Shown here: positions 45,985-55,977 of the stretch, piece after piece
Layout: every line of letters starts with the position of its first letter
Position numbering within the stretch: position 1 is the first letter of the stretch
Source: a virus
Reading direction: 5' to 3' (one strand)
IMG/VR virus record: IMGVR_UViG_3300005831_000023
DNA: 64,000 nucleotides
Made by a program: the position numbers and the translations under genes
Notes under the pieces: model-generated
Told to the model about the DNA's origin: nothing
Seen by the model: the letters and a program-made list of their open reading frames with translations, nothing else
Databases searched by the model: none

Positions 45985-46685
45985 TTACCCCAATTCCACT
46001 TTTCTCTAAAGTAACTTGCTCTATCATAGTAGTTTGTTTCAGATAATACATGAGTCTTATTCCATTTACTAGTTTGTTTAGCATGGTAGTAAGAACAGTC
46101 TAATTGGTACACATCCCATTTTAAAGCTTGCATTTGGAAAAACAAATCATCATCCTCAAACCCCCATCCTACTTTATAATTTTCATCAAACATGCATTTA
46201 TCAAATACTTCACTTTTAAACAATCCATATTGAGTTAATGCATATGAAGCAAATGAAACTTCATGTTTTAAAAGTTCATGTTCAATCGAAGGGAGTTGAG
46301 GAGTATAAGTTTTCAAGTCGTTTGTAAAATACTTAGGATTGAATCCAATGCATTTAGCATTAAAATTTAAATCATCAAATCTGTTTTTAAAGTAATTTAA
46401 ACTTCCGTTAATATATAATATATCAGAATCCATCATTAGTATAAAATCACCTTTAGCAACTCTAATCATTTGATTCCTACCAATTGCAGAGCCAACATTT
46501 TCACTATTCAAGATACTTATAAGGTCATTTTGATCTTTCAACCATTCTTGTGATCCATCTACTGAACCATTATCCAATATAATAATTTCTAAGTCTACAG
46601 TTTTACGCTCTTCACGTAAATTATCTATTGTAGGTTTTAATATTTCTAACCAATTCCAATTAATAATGCAAACACTAAATGTCAT
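45981..46685 (-). CDS. Glycosyltransferase, family 2
   Basis: FSVCIINWNWLEILKPTIDNL..IIILDNGSVDGSQEWL and MDSDILY (DxD). Confidence 0.8.
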   Translation of the reverse strand: MTFSVCIINWNWLEILKPTIDNLREERKTVDLEIIILDNGSVDGSQEWLKDQNDLISILNSENVGSAIGRNQMIRVAKGDFILMMDSDILYINGSLNYFKNRFDDLNFNAKCIGFNPKYFTNDLKTYTPQLPSIEHELLKHEVSFASYALTQYGLFKSEVFDKCMFDENYKVGWGFEDDDLFFQMQALKWDVYQLDCSYYHAKQTSKWNKTHVLSETNYYDRASYFREKWNWGK

Positions 46686-46690
46686 GGTGA

Positions 46691-47422
46691 TTACTCCTTA
46701 TTTAAATAATATCTACCATTATATTTTTGATAAATATCTAGTAAAGTATCCATTCCTTGACCATAATCAATACATACTTTACCACATTGTTTAGCCATTA
46801 TATTTGATATAATCTTTGCATTTACACCAGCCGAAACTAGACTCCAATCATGATCTACACTATTCATATACTCAATAGTCTTATCAATATCATTTGGATT
46901 AGTAATATCTGTGTAATATCCTTTAGCGACAACTCCTAATTCTTCTAATAAAAAATCAGCAAATAGTTTAGACAGTGAACCAATCAATAATGGAGGATTG
47001 AGTCTAATCAAGTTAACAAAATCTTTACTATAACATAATCCTACATTTACAAATGCATAACATAAATTTTTTGGTTTATAATCTAAAGCCGAAAACATTC
47101 TACTTGTAAAATCATCATCTGGAAATACACCAACAAAATCAGCTTCTTTAATTGCATTAATAAGCCTATCTCTTGTTTTGATATCTGGTGTTGATACTCC
47201 ACAATAAGCAGTTCCAGTTGACCATGCTACATCTTTGCGTATATAATCTTGGCTAAGCAATATTTCTTGAGACATAATTATTAATTCGCCATCACCAATT
47301 CTAGTTATATAAAATGGTTCTTTATTTTGTATTTTAGTATATATAATATTAATTAAATCTTCTTGAGATATTAAATCAGAGTGATTAAATTTAATATGAT
47401 TAGCATTTGTTAAATAACTCAT
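46691..47422 (-). CDS. Putative GT-D-type glycosyltransferase (DUF1792-like)
   Basis: The RIGDGE motif (ITRIGDGELIIM) recalls the GT-D/DUF1792 family. The assignment is tentative. Confidence 0.55.
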   Translation of the reverse strand: MSYLTNANHIKFNHSDLISQEDLINIIYTKIQNKEPFYITRIGDGELIIMSQEILLSQDYIRKDVAWSTGTAYCGVSTPDIKTRDRLINAIKEADFVGVFPDDDFTSRMFSALDYKPKNLCYAFVNVGLCYSKDFVNLIRLNPPLLIGSLSKLFADFLLEELGVVAKGYYTDITNPNDIDKTIEYMNSVDHDWSLVSAGVNAKIISNIMAKQCGKVCIDYGQGMDTLLDIYQKYNGRYYLNKE

Positions 47423-47910
47423 ATGCTATCCCTTTCGATATCATCTACATAACCAATAATTCTAGCAGGATTTCCAACAACTATAGCATAGTCTGGGACA
47501 TCCTTGGTAACTACTGATCCAGCTCCAACCATAGCGTATTTGCCAATTATTAAATCTGGTAATATAGTGCAATTAGCACCTATAGAAGCTCCTTTTTTAA
47601 CTAAAGTTTTCTCGATACTCCAATTATCTTTAAATGCTCTTGGAAACTTATCATTAGTAAATTGAGTGCCTTGACCAATATAAACTTGATTTCTTATGGT
47701 TACACCATTGTATATATTTACCGAGTTTTGTATCTTGCAATGATTGCCAATACTTACACTCTTATCTATATATGAATTAGCTCCAATACTAGTTCCAAAG
47801 CCTATTATTGCATGATCTCTAACTTGAACATTGTTCCAGATTTTAGCACCATTTTTTATAGTAGATTTATCACTTATTTCTGATATTTTGTGAATAAATG
47901 CTTCTGCCAT
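47419..47910 (-). CDS. Sugar N-/O-acetyltransferase with left-handed beta-helix hexapeptide repeats
   Basis: Repeated [LIV]-G-x-x-x-x hexapeptide pattern (IGFGTSIGANSYI, IGNHCKIQNSVNI, IGANCTI, VGAGSVV, VGNPARI). Confidence 0.8.
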   Translation of the reverse strand: MAEAFIHKISEISDKSTIKNGAKIWNNVQVRDHAIIGFGTSIGANSYIDKSVSIGNHCKIQNSVNIYNGVTIRNQVYIGQGTQFTNDKFPRAFKDNWSIEKTLVKKGASIGANCTILPDLIIGKYAMVGAGSVVTKDVPDYAIVVGNPARIIGYVDDIERDSI

Positions 47911-47912
47911 AA

Positions 47913-49034
47913 TTACACCTCGTTTAATATTTGTTTAATAGTATTACCAATATAATCTATTTCATTCTTTGTTAAACTAAAATGAACAGGAATAGATAAT
48001 ATTTCATCCTTTACTTTATCAGCGATTTCAAATACCTCTCTAGAAGCTATATGAGCTTGATGAGGCATTAAAATAGGATAGCATATATCAGAACCAATAT
48101 TATGTTTAAATAACTCATCCTTAAGCCTATTTCGACTTATAGAGCATATATCTTTAATACGTATAGAATATTGATTATAAACAGTAATTCCTTGAGAATA
48201 CTCTTCTTGGAACTTGATATATTTACAGTCTTTTAATAATATATAATAGTTTCTAGCATTCTCATGTCTAAACATATTCCGTTTAGTTATATGTTTAAGT
48301 TGGCATAAACCAATAGAAGCTGATATATTTGTCATCATATAATTATATCCAAGCATAGTAGAAACATATTTTTCAGCTTGACCATGATTCCTAATCATTT
48401 TGAGTTTCTTATATATATTAAAGTCGTTAGTGGTTACCATTCCACCTTCTCCAAGATACATATTATTAGTTGGGTAGAAACTAAAACAACCACAATCTCC
48501 AAAAGTACCTACATATTGAATGTCTTTATCATTTAATAATATCTCAGCAAAATGAGCTTGACAACAGTCTTCTATAACTCTTAAATTATACTTGTATGCA
48601 ATTTTATTAATAGTAATCATATCACATGGATTACCAAATAAATGAACTACTAATATTGCTTTAGTTTTATTAGTTATCTTATCTTCAATCTGATCAATGT
48701 TCATGTTTAAAGTCTTATCATCAATATCAACAAAAACTGGTTTAGCTCCACACATTAGAATACTATTAGCAGTAGATATAAATGAAAAACAAGTAGTAAT
48801 TACTTCATCGCCTTGACCAATACTATTGGATATTAAAGCCATATGCAAAGCGCTAGTGCCACTATTACAAGCTACTGCATAATCACAATTCATTTTTGTA
48901 GCAAACTCATATTCAAATTTTTCAACTACTTTTCCATATCCAAGTTGTTTGGAGTGCAATACTTCATTTACAGCATTTATTTCTTCGCCAGTTATTATAT
49001 TGTTTGTCATACTAATAAAATCCATTTTAATCAT
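47913..49034 (-). CDS. DegT/DnrJ/EryC1/StrS-family (PLP-fold) sugar aminotransferase-like protein; the Schiff-base lysine appears replaced by Asn
   Basis: Motifs NSGTSALHMAL, VIEDCCQAH and CFSFYPTNNMYLGEGGMV (the family consensus has K at the first N of NN; N190 is codon 48465-48467). Confidence 0.8.
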   Translation of the reverse strand: MIKMDFISMTNNIITGEEINAVNEVLHSKQLGYGKVVEKFEYEFATKMNCDYAVACNSGTSALHMALISNSIGQGDEVITTCFSFISTANSILMCGAKPVFVDIDDKTLNMNIDQIEDKITNKTKAILVVHLFGNPCDMITINKIAYKYNLRVIEDCCQAHFAEILLNDKDIQYVGTFGDCGCFSFYPTNNMYLGEGGMVTTNDFNIYKKLKMIRNHGQAEKYVSTMLGYNYMMTNISASIGLCQLKHITKRNMFRHENARNYYILLKDCKYIKFQEEYSQGITVYNQYSIRIKDICSISRNRLKDELFKHNIGSDICYPILMPHQAHIASREVFEIADKVKDEILSIPVHFSLTKNEIDYIGNTIKQILNEV

Positions 49035-49037
49035 CTC

Positions 49038-50018
49038 CTAACTATGAAGACCATTGTAGACATCTAATATTTGATAAGCTTTAAGTCTGTAATTATGATT
49101 TCTATAGACAAATTCTTGAGCATTGGTTGCAAATTCTTTTCTCATAGCATCAGTCATACCCAATATCTCTTTAGCCATATCTCTCATTTCTGGATAGTCT
49201 TTAGCGAGGTATACATGCTTATAAAAGCATATTTCTTGAGCTTTAGTATAATAACTAAGTAAGATACTGTGACCACATCCAAGTACCTCAAAATCCCTCA
49301 TGCTTTGTTGCGTAAAACTTCTATCACTACACTGAGAACCTAAAGCAATTGTAGCACTAGAATACATTGATGGTAATTCTTCATATGGTAATACGCCATG
49401 ATAACAATTCATATGATTAGCTAAGTTAACTGGTCTAGTAAAATCATCCCAACAAAGACCATATACATCAACTTTAAAATCATCTAACAATGGCATTATA
49501 AATTGTTTAGACTTATCAAATCTATTACTATAGTTACTAGCACATAATGCAATATCATGAGCATATTTTGGGTTAAAACCAACATTTTTATGATATTCTG
49601 GATTAACACCAAACATTAACAATGAAGCGCTTTTTCCATTCTTTCTATATCTAGGTAAGCATTCTAATGTAGTTGTAAATATATGATCTGAATGCTCTGA
49701 AAAATAATCTCCGATTTGAGTTGTAACAGGGTCTTCTATTGCCCATGCAAATATTGGTATACCTAATACATTAGTACATTTTCTTAATTGTATTAAAGGC
49801 AATCCGCCATAACCCTCTGTAAATATTAAATCTGGCTTGAAATTATGTATTTTAGTAAGTAATAATTTTAAATGTTCTTCAAATGGTTGCTCCCAAATCT
49901 TGTGATGTTCCGGATCGCTTAAATAATCAACTTCCATACCAATCTGTTGAAACCCACTCATTAATCCAAATTTAATTAATGGGACTTGTGATAAGAATAA
50001 TACTCTTATTTTTTTCAT
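49038..50018 (-). CDS. Glycosyltransferase-like protein (CgeB / GT1-related C-terminal domain)
   Basis: C-terminal RDFEVLGCGHSILLSY..AKEILGMTDAMRKEFATNAQEFV resembles the CgeB-type Glyco_trans_1 segment. Confidence 0.55.
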   Translation of the reverse strand: MKKIRVLFLSQVPLIKFGLMSGFQQIGMEVDYLSDPEHHKIWEQPFEEHLKLLLTKIHNFKPDLIFTEGYGGLPLIQLRKCTNVLGIPIFAWAIEDPVTTQIGDYFSEHSDHIFTTTLECLPRYRKNGKSASLLMFGVNPEYHKNVGFNPKYAHDIALCASNYSNRFDKSKQFIMPLLDDFKVDVYGLCWDDFTRPVNLANHMNCYHGVLPYEELPSMYSSATIALGSQCSDRSFTQQSMRDFEVLGCGHSILLSYYTKAQEICFYKHVYLAKDYPEMRDMAKEILGMTDAMRKEFATNAQEFVYRNHNYRLKAYQILDVYNGLHS

Positions 50019-51013
50019 ATGTTAATCACCTTTTCATAGTATTTTTCTATAGATTCTGAAATTAAATCAGCTCTTATTTTCCAAGAATTATTATTAGCAA
50101 CTTCTAAACATTTTGATTTTATAATCTCATCATTTTTAAGTCTTAATGCTTTTTCGATATTCATAATATAACCTTCTCTTGTAGAACTTGTTAAAACAAT
50201 ATCTTTATATTCTGGATCACATGCTTCTGGGATATCTGTAGATACTGTTATTTTTCCATGAGACATGCCTTCGTACATCTTGATTGGGTTACTATAGTCT
50301 GATATTTGACAGCGCTTAAATGGTAATAAATTGACGTCACAATGATGATAATAAGCTTGAAGTTCCTCATAACTTTTGTTACCAATGAATATACAGTTAC
50401 TTGGAATATCTTTTATCCCCCAAGTCAAACCAACTACAACAACATTATATCTGACTGACAAAGCTCCGATTAATTCTAAATCACACCAGAATGCTAATGC
50501 TCCACTAAATAATAATATAGGTCTACCATTCATTCGAATATTTTGATATTCAATTGGTATAGGATAATCTATTAATCCAAGCTCTGGAAAACATCCATTT
50601 CTACAAAGATGAATATTATTATGTTCAGATTCTCTAAGGTTATATAAAGTTTTAGATGTGGTAAATAAAATGTTAGATTTAGAAATCATACTGGTTTCAT
50701 GCATAGAATTAGCTTCGAAATTATCTAAGCTATCATATATTACTAAGTCGCTCCTTATGCTATCTAAGTCAATAAATCTGCTAGACCAGCTAGAAAAGTA
50801 GATATCCACTTTTGGAACTCTTTTTACAAATACATCCCAATTATAATGAATTTCTAAATTATTATTAATAATATCTTTAGCCTTATCTTTAACTTGAGTT
50901 TGATTAACCCAGTATACTTTATAGTTGTTAGAAAGTAACTTCATAAGATGATGAGGTCTTTGTTGCAATGCAAAATCAAAATCTATAGTATTGGCATATA
51001 ATAAAGTTTTCAT
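50015..51013 (-). CDS. Glycosyltransferase (GT-B-like)
   Basis: C-terminal NPIKMYEGMSHGKITVSTDIPE is a GT4-like motif. The start is probably M15 of the ORF-track protein (ATG at 51013, preceded by AAAGGAA). The track start at 51055 abuts a terminator T-run and has no SD. Confidence 0.6.
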   Translation of the reverse strand: MKTLLYANTIDFDFALQQRPHHLMKLLSNNYKVYWVNQTQVKDKAKDIINNNLEIHYNWDVFVKRVPKVDIYFSSWSSRFIDLDSIRSDLVIYDSLDNFEANSMHETSMISKSNILFTTSKTLYNLRESEHNNIHLCRNGCFPELGLIDYPIPIEYQNIRMNGRPILLFSGALAFWCDLELIGALSVRYNVVVVGLTWGIKDIPSNCIFIGNKSYEELQAYYHHCDVNLLPFKRCQISDYSNPIKMYEGMSHGKITVSTDIPEACDPEYKDIVLTSSTREGYIMNIEKALRLKNDEIIKSKCLEVANNNSWKIRADLISESIEKYYEKVINI

Positions 51014-51055
51014 TTTTTTTAATTCCTTTTGTTTATTTTTTCTAAAAATGGACAT

Positions 51056-51110
51056 AAAAAAAATCGGGTAATAAATTGTTTACTATTAAATAGTGTTCAA
51101 TCTATTACCC
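51056..51110 (-). terminator. Rho-independent terminator after the major tail protein gene
   Basis: Stem GGGTAATA / TATTACCC (51066-51073 with 51103-51110) with an inner ACTATT/AATAGT stem. Followed on the minus strand by T8 (plus-strand A-run 51056-51063). Confidence 0.65.
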
Positions 51111-51171
51111 ATAATTTTAATATAATATTTATATAAAGTCAATTAAAAGGAGAATTATATTAATTTCTAAT

Positions 51172-51939
51172 TTATACTGGTTTAACAATTAATTGGTACA
51201 TATTTCCATCAGATCTTCTTGGATCTAATCCAGTTAAGTCTAATTTAAATGTACTTGCTGATTTATAAGAACCACTAATTTCATAAGTAGGCATAATCTT
51301 ACATTTATAAATCATTAATTGCGCATATGCTTCAATGATACTATCTGTAGCATCTGCTGAACTATAAATTGGAAATTGAATAACACAACTAGCAGCAGCT
51401 GCAAAATCTGTGGTTTGTACAGTTAATATATCAGTAGTAGCAGCAGTCGCTACTCTATAAGCTGGATATACTTTATCTCCAATAGCAGTAGCTTCAAAAT
51501 GTATAACTGTATCAGAACCAGAAGTTGATACCCAAAATTGAGTTGCAGTTGGAGTTGTTCCAGATGATTCAGTAAATCCATTAATTTCTACTGATCCAGC
51601 AACAGCTACTACACCAGTTAATGTAATTACTGCATTAGCATCAATTGTATATGGATCACCAAAGTAGTAATACTCACTTGCGCCAGTAGTTCTAGCACCA
51701 CCAGAAGTTAACTTTAATGCATCTAAATCCCATTGTGCATCTGTAATACTTGCTGTTATTGTCTTTTTTGTGTCGATTTGGGCTAAATTGTAAAATGACC
51801 ACCCACCAGTAATTTCCAGGGAATCACCGCCTAGTGTGATTTGTCCTTGAGTAGCAGTAGCCAAATGTGAATTTCCATTAGCAGTTTTTACCAACACTTT
51901 AGGAGCGTCGATAATAAACCCTTTACCTGTAAAAGCCAT
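51172..51939 (-). CDS. Major tail (tube) protein
   Basis: 255 aa, Thr/Ser/Ala-rich. Position is after the neck genes. Strong SD AAGGAGG. Followed by a terminator, which is typical of an abundant structural protein. Confidence 0.65.
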   Translation of the reverse strand: MAFTGKGFIIDAPKVLVKTANGNSHLATATQGQITLGGDSLEITGGWSFYNLAQIDTKKTITASITDAQWDLDALKLTSGGARTTGASEYYYFGDPYTIDANAVITLTGVVAVAGSVEINGFTESSGTTPTATQFWVSTSGSDTVIHFEATAIGDKVYPAYRVATAATTDILTVQTTDFAAAASCVIQFPIYSSADATDSIIEAYAQLMIYKCKIMPTYEISGSYKSASTFKLDLTGLDPRRSDGNMYQLIVKPV

Positions 51940-51990
51940 AAAAATGACCTCCTTTATTTTAATTCAATTAAATTCATATATAAAAAAGGC

Positions 51991-52437
51991 TCAAACATAA
52001 ATCTTTTTATATTCAAACCTTATAGCATATCGTTTAAAGTAATTTGTTCCAGAAATAGATTCATAAGCTGTTGTATATATAAGCTTGACGTCATTGAAAC
52101 TTTGCCTATTTAAAAGAGCAATTAACCTATCAGATACTTGATTTATCCTTGTTTCAAAACCAGAGACTAAATCTTTATATGAAGGTATATAGACCTCTAT
52201 AATAACGCTGTCACGCTTTACATAGTCTGAATTAGTTTGTGATCCAAATCCTTTTCTAACTAATAGTCTGCATACTCCATCATCTGTGAACACATCAGAT
52301 ACAAATTGCTGTAAGAAGTATTTTGTTACCAATAAACCATAATCAGTTAACTCATTTGAAGGTATCAACATTAGTTGCTTTAAAGTCGTATCATTAACTA
52401 ATGTTTGCATTATAAGTCCGAACTCTTTAGCAATCAT
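51991..52437 (-). CDS. Tail completion / tail terminator-like protein (assigned by position)
   Basis: 148-aa ORF immediately upstream of the major tail gene. Confidence 0.5.
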   Translation of the reverse strand: MIAKEFGLIMQTLVNDTTLKQLMLIPSNELTDYGLLVTKYFLQQFVSDVFTDDGVCRLLVRKGFGSQTNSDYVKRDSVIIEVYIPSYKDLVSGFETRINQVSDRLIALLNRQSFNDVKLIYTTAYESISGTNYFKRYAIRFEYKKIYV

Positions 52438-52450
52438 AATATCACCACCT

Positions 52451-53065
52451 TTATTCTAGTGTTACATACTTGTCTAAATCTACAATCAGATGAAATTCTC
52501 TAACTATTCTTTCAAATTCGTCATCTAATTCAGCTAAAACGCTATCAAAGAAATATGAAGGACTTTGTCTAAAATATGGTATCTCATGACGAGTTCTAGC
52601 TGTACTTAATTTCCAGCCATAACTATCTGATTCATAATCATAAACTTCTTCGTTTGGTCTAGTATAAACATTATTTGAAACTCTTTTGTTATCATAATAA
52701 TTGCTATTCATATATTTCTTTAAAAATGGATTAGCAGAACTCATTAAATTTCCCATTCCGAAGTTTATAAGTAATGCTTGTTTAAGTAAATTATCATCAT
52801 CACTATAATGATAAAGTAACCCAGCTTTTGCAATTATAGTATGTGCATATACTTTAACATTATGACTCATATTATCAGCAACGTCTTGTCTCCATTCTAG
52901 CGCTCCAACAGCTGAATAAGAACCTCTATCTGGAATATCTTCTATATTACTAATCATTAAGTGTTTAAAGTGTTCAACAAGTTTATCCATCTCTCTTGTA
53001 AAATAATTAATTATTTCTTTTTTCATACCTTCATCGTCAAATTTAATTGTAAAATGATTTTTCAT
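52451..53065 (-). CDS. Neck / head-tail joining protein (assigned by position)
   Basis: 204-aa ORF in the head-to-tail gene series. Confidence 0.5.
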   Translation of the reverse strand: MKNHFTIKFDDEGMKKEIINYFTREMDKLVEHFKHLMISNIEDIPDRGSYSAVGALEWRQDVADNMSHNVKVYAHTIIAKAGLLYHYSDDDNLLKQALLINFGMGNLMSSANPFLKKYMNSNYYDNKRVSNNVYTRPNEEVYDYESDSYGWKLSTARTRHEIPYFRQSPSYFFDSVLAELDDEFERIVREFHLIVDLDKYVTLE

Positions 53066-53073
53066 AAAATCAC

Positions 53074-53727
53074 CTAATCTTTTCTACTCGTGACTAGAAT
53101 TTGAGCATAAATAACTAGCAATCCAGTATTTTCAGAAACATTAAGCTGTGAATAATCTATATCAGTAATAATATATCTATTATTACGTATACTAAATTCA
53201 TCAGTTATTCTAAGTTGATAAGTAGTATCATTACATTGCATACTCAAACCAATTCTTTGAGATGGTACAATACCAACATCACTCTCATTAGCATTAAATA
53301 CGGTCATACCATTTCTAAACTCAAATGACTTAATACTATCAGCAATTGTTAAATAACCAGCTGGAGTAGTACTATTTCCCATACTATCAAAGACGGTGTT
53401 GCTATATCTTTCAAATGTTATAGTTTGGGTACATAATTGTATTTTAGTATTATTGCAATTTATATCTGAAATAGGTTTCCATACAACTAAATAATCAGAA
53501 TTTTCTATATTTATTAAATCGCCTTTTCTTAAAGGAGTAGCAACATTTCTAGAATACTCGATTACAAATGTACCATCACCAATATTTCTTACATTAGATT
53601 TCAAATCTCCTATGTTAACATTTATAGTAATTGGAGTAGTTGAACCATTTACATAACATAACTTTCCATTCACACTTAATGAATCATCAAAATCTTGATT
53701 TAAGTAATCTGGGACATAAAAATACAT
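53074..53727 (-). CDS. Neck / head-closure protein (assigned by position)
   Basis: 217-aa ORF, tightly packed in the operon. Confidence 0.5.
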   Translation of the reverse strand: MYFYVPDYLNQDFDDSLSVNGKLCYVNGSTTPITINVNIGDLKSNVRNIGDGTFVIEYSRNVATPLRKGDLINIENSDYLVVWKPISDINCNNTKIQLCTQTITFERYSNTVFDSMGNSTTPAGYLTIADSIKSFEFRNGMTVFNANESDVGIVPSQRIGLSMQCNDTTYQLRITDEFSIRNNRYIITDIDYSQLNVSENTGLLVIYAQILVTSRKD

Positions 53728-53728
53728 G

Positions 53729-54016
53729 TTACCTCCTCTTCAAAAAGTCGAAGAAAGACTTATCTGGTTTCCTAAACTTAGACTCTTTAATGTCTACATC
53801 TATTATATTGTCTGGAATCCTCTGTATATTACCAGCTAAATTAAATATATACTTTTTAATATCTGAATAATCTAACTTTCCATTCTGTAAATCTTCTATT
53901 TGGTATAATAAACTTAATGTCTTTTGACTGAGTAAGTGGCAATATTCATCAAAAGTAAATGTATCTGAGCCTACAATCTCTAAATCTTTGTTTTTATAAG
54001 TTATCTCAATTTTCAT
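53729..54016 (-). CDS. Hypothetical small structural-module protein
   Basis: 95-aa ORF with a 1-nt gap to the next gene. Confidence 0.55.
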   Translation of the reverse strand: MKIEITYKNKDLEIVGSDTFTFDEYCHLLSQKTLSLLYQIEDLQNGKLDYSDIKKYIFNLAGNIQRIPDNIIDVDIKESKFRKPDKSFFDFLKRR

Positions 54017-54027
54017 AATATTATCTC

Positions 54028-54483
54028 CTAACTATCAAAGTTATAAGTTATAGCTTCAACGGACACAGCACTTATGCTTGATTGGTTAGAAACATCTGTC
54101 ATTCTGTGGAATATTTGAATTAGATGATTTTCATGTTCATTGATTTGTTTAGTTAAAAACTCGAATGGCTTAAATGCATTACTAATAGTTAAAGCGTTTG
54201 TTGTATAGCTTACTAGAGTATTCCATGCATTTCTGATATTCTTTAATACTTCTATCTCGGAACACTTTAAACCATATTCTAATTCTAATAAACTTAAATC
54301 TCTGCTCAAAGAGTCTGTTGAAAATTCATTTGCCCAATCATCTTCTTTACCAGTATCGTCATACAAGCGTTTAAAGCCAGTAATAACGAAGTTTAAGTAA
54401 TCAGCATCAGAATATGTTGTTGGAGTTCTTTGATTAGTAAAATTAGCCTTTAATTGCGTTACAATACTATTTAAATCTGTCAT
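54028..54483 (-). CDS. Head-tail connector-like protein (assigned by position)
   Basis: 151-aa ORF downstream of the capsid genes. Confidence 0.5.
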   Translation of the reverse strand: MTDLNSIVTQLKANFTNQRTPTTYSDADYLNFVITGFKRLYDDTGKEDDWANEFSTDSLSRDLSLLELEYGLKCSEIEVLKNIRNAWNTLVSYTTNALTISNAFKPFEFLTKQINEHENHLIQIFHRMTDVSNQSSISAVSVEAITYNFDS

Positions 54484-54495
54484 ATAATCACATCC

Positions 54496-54912
54496 TTATA
54501 TAGGACTAACTTCTCTGTTGCAAAATTGAGATATAAACTTTAATTTAGAACCATTCAAATCATCATAAATTTTAGTTGTAACTAAGTAAACTAAATCTTT
54601 AATATGTGGCTCAGTTATTTTACCTAAAGATGATTTCATTTTAAGAAAATTACCTTTTAAAATTTCTTCAATTTCTTTTTCAGTTTTAATACCTTCATTG
54701 TTTTCTATGTAGCCTAATTCTTCTTTAACTTCTTCGCTTTGAATAGTTAAATAACCTCTCTTAAATAAAGTGCAAATAGAGTCTAAATAATATATATCTT
54801 CACTATCTAACATTGTAAAGCTTCCAGCTCTTATATTCTGCTCTCTTGGAGGATTTATTAAACTAATTCCAACATCGAATTTATTAGTGTTTAAAACTTT
54901 TATTTTAGCCAT
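54496..54912 (-). CDS. Hypothetical head-module protein
   Basis: The start is probably the ATG at 54912 (MAKIKVLNTN..), preceded by AAGGAG at 8-nt spacing. The ORF-track start at 54963 has no SD. Confidence 0.6.
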   Translation of the reverse strand: MAKIKVLNTNKFDVGISLINPPREQNIRAGSFTMLDSEDIYYLDSICTLFKRGYLTIQSEEVKEELGYIENNEGIKTEKEIEEILKGNFLKMKSSLGKITEPHIKDLVYLVTTKIYDDLNGSKLKFISQFCNREVSPI

Positions 54913-54987
54913 ATACTTATCTCCTTTTAATCCTTTATAAACAAAAAAAACAGGGAGATTCAATTAAGAATCCCCCTATCACTACTT

Positions 54988-55977
54988 CTATAAACTAGTA
55001 TCTTCATAAACCATAATTTGTGGGAAATCTCCACTAATTACAGCACTTCCAAAATATTGTCTTAAACAAACTTCCATTGTATTATCATTCATATTTGTTT
55101 GTTCAGTAGATTCTACTCCACCCTCTAAAACAACTTTAAGAGGCATTTCTGCGCCTGTAGGAATAATATATAAACAATCTTGTCTTAATACTGTATCGCT
55201 CAAACTAGAAGCTATAAACGGATTGCTCAAAGAAATAACTCTAGCTCCCTTATAAGTACCAATAACTCCATTAGAGATGAATTCATTCATAACGCTTTCT
55301 GAATATTGAACAACACTAGTTGTGGTTACGAAACCAGTTGCACCAGCTAATTTATATACTACATTAATATCTCCAACAAGTGATACTCCATTACCAAATC
55401 TCATTGCTGATCTTATTTGAGGATCTAATGTACCTGTTACGATACCAGAACCAGAAGCATAAGATGGACTAGAATATCCTGAGAATGCAGCATATAAAGT
55501 AGCTTCAACATTTTGTACAAGCTTTTTAACCATTTCTTCGCTCGCAGAATTTATGATTTCATCGAATGAAACTTTTCCAGCAGCGAGTTCATATAAATTT
55601 ACATATGGTCTACTAGAAACTTCCATAGTATCAATACTTGTATAAGCATTCATGATTTTACTTCTTGCAGTTGTTCCATTCTTAGCTTGGATATATGCTT
55701 GAATACCATTCTTTTTAATTTTGAACATTGCTTTTTCGCCAATTGAAGTTGACTTAACATCAGCAATAGTTTCTAAGAAATTAGTTTTTTGGTTAATTAT
55801 ATTAGAAACTACATAAGCCATCAATTGAGCAATTTCATATCTATTTATAGGATTAGGATTAGAAGCCAATTCTTTAATTGCTGATCTTGCTTCTCTTACC
55901 TCAATCTCAGATTCTTTAATTTGACCTAAATTTAATGCTGAGAATATTTCTACAGCTTTATCACTTCTTAATGCCAT
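54988..55977 (-). CDS. Major capsid protein
   Basis: 329 aa. Position is after the scaffold and decoration-like genes. SD AAAGGGGTGAG upstream. Confidence 0.7.
   Translation of the reverse strand: MALRSDKAVEIFSALNLGQIKESEIEVREARSAIKELASNPNPINRYEIAQLMAYVVSNIINQKTNFLETIADVKSTSIGEKAMFKIKKNGIQAYIQAKNGTTARSKIMNAYTSIDTMEVSSRPYVNLYELAAGKVSFDEIINSASEEMVKKLVQNVEATLYAAFSGYSSPSYASGSGIVTGTLDPQIRSAMRFGNGVSLVGDINVVYKLAGATGFVTTTSVVQYSESVMNEFISNGVIGTYKGARVISLSNPFIASSLSDTVLRQDCLYIIPTGAEMPLKVVLEGGVESTEQTNMNDNTMEVCLRQYFGSAVISGDFPQIMVYEDTSL

Noticed and set aside
51014-51055. N-terminal 14 codons of ORF 50015-51055, and similar N-terminal extensions at 35229-35270 and 54913-54963
   Set aside because: The upstream ATGs lack SD sequences, and one directly abuts a terminator T-run. 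The internal ATGs have good SDs at proper spacing. Those internal starts were used instead.
55377-55400. Partial similarity between the reverse complement of spacer 3 and the major capsid gene (shared CCATTACCAA plus TACT)
   Set aside because: Only about 10 contiguous matching bases, requiring a gap, with poor flanks. This is consistent with chance in AT-rich DNA. No convincing in-window match was found by eye for spacers 1 and 3, but a computational search is needed.
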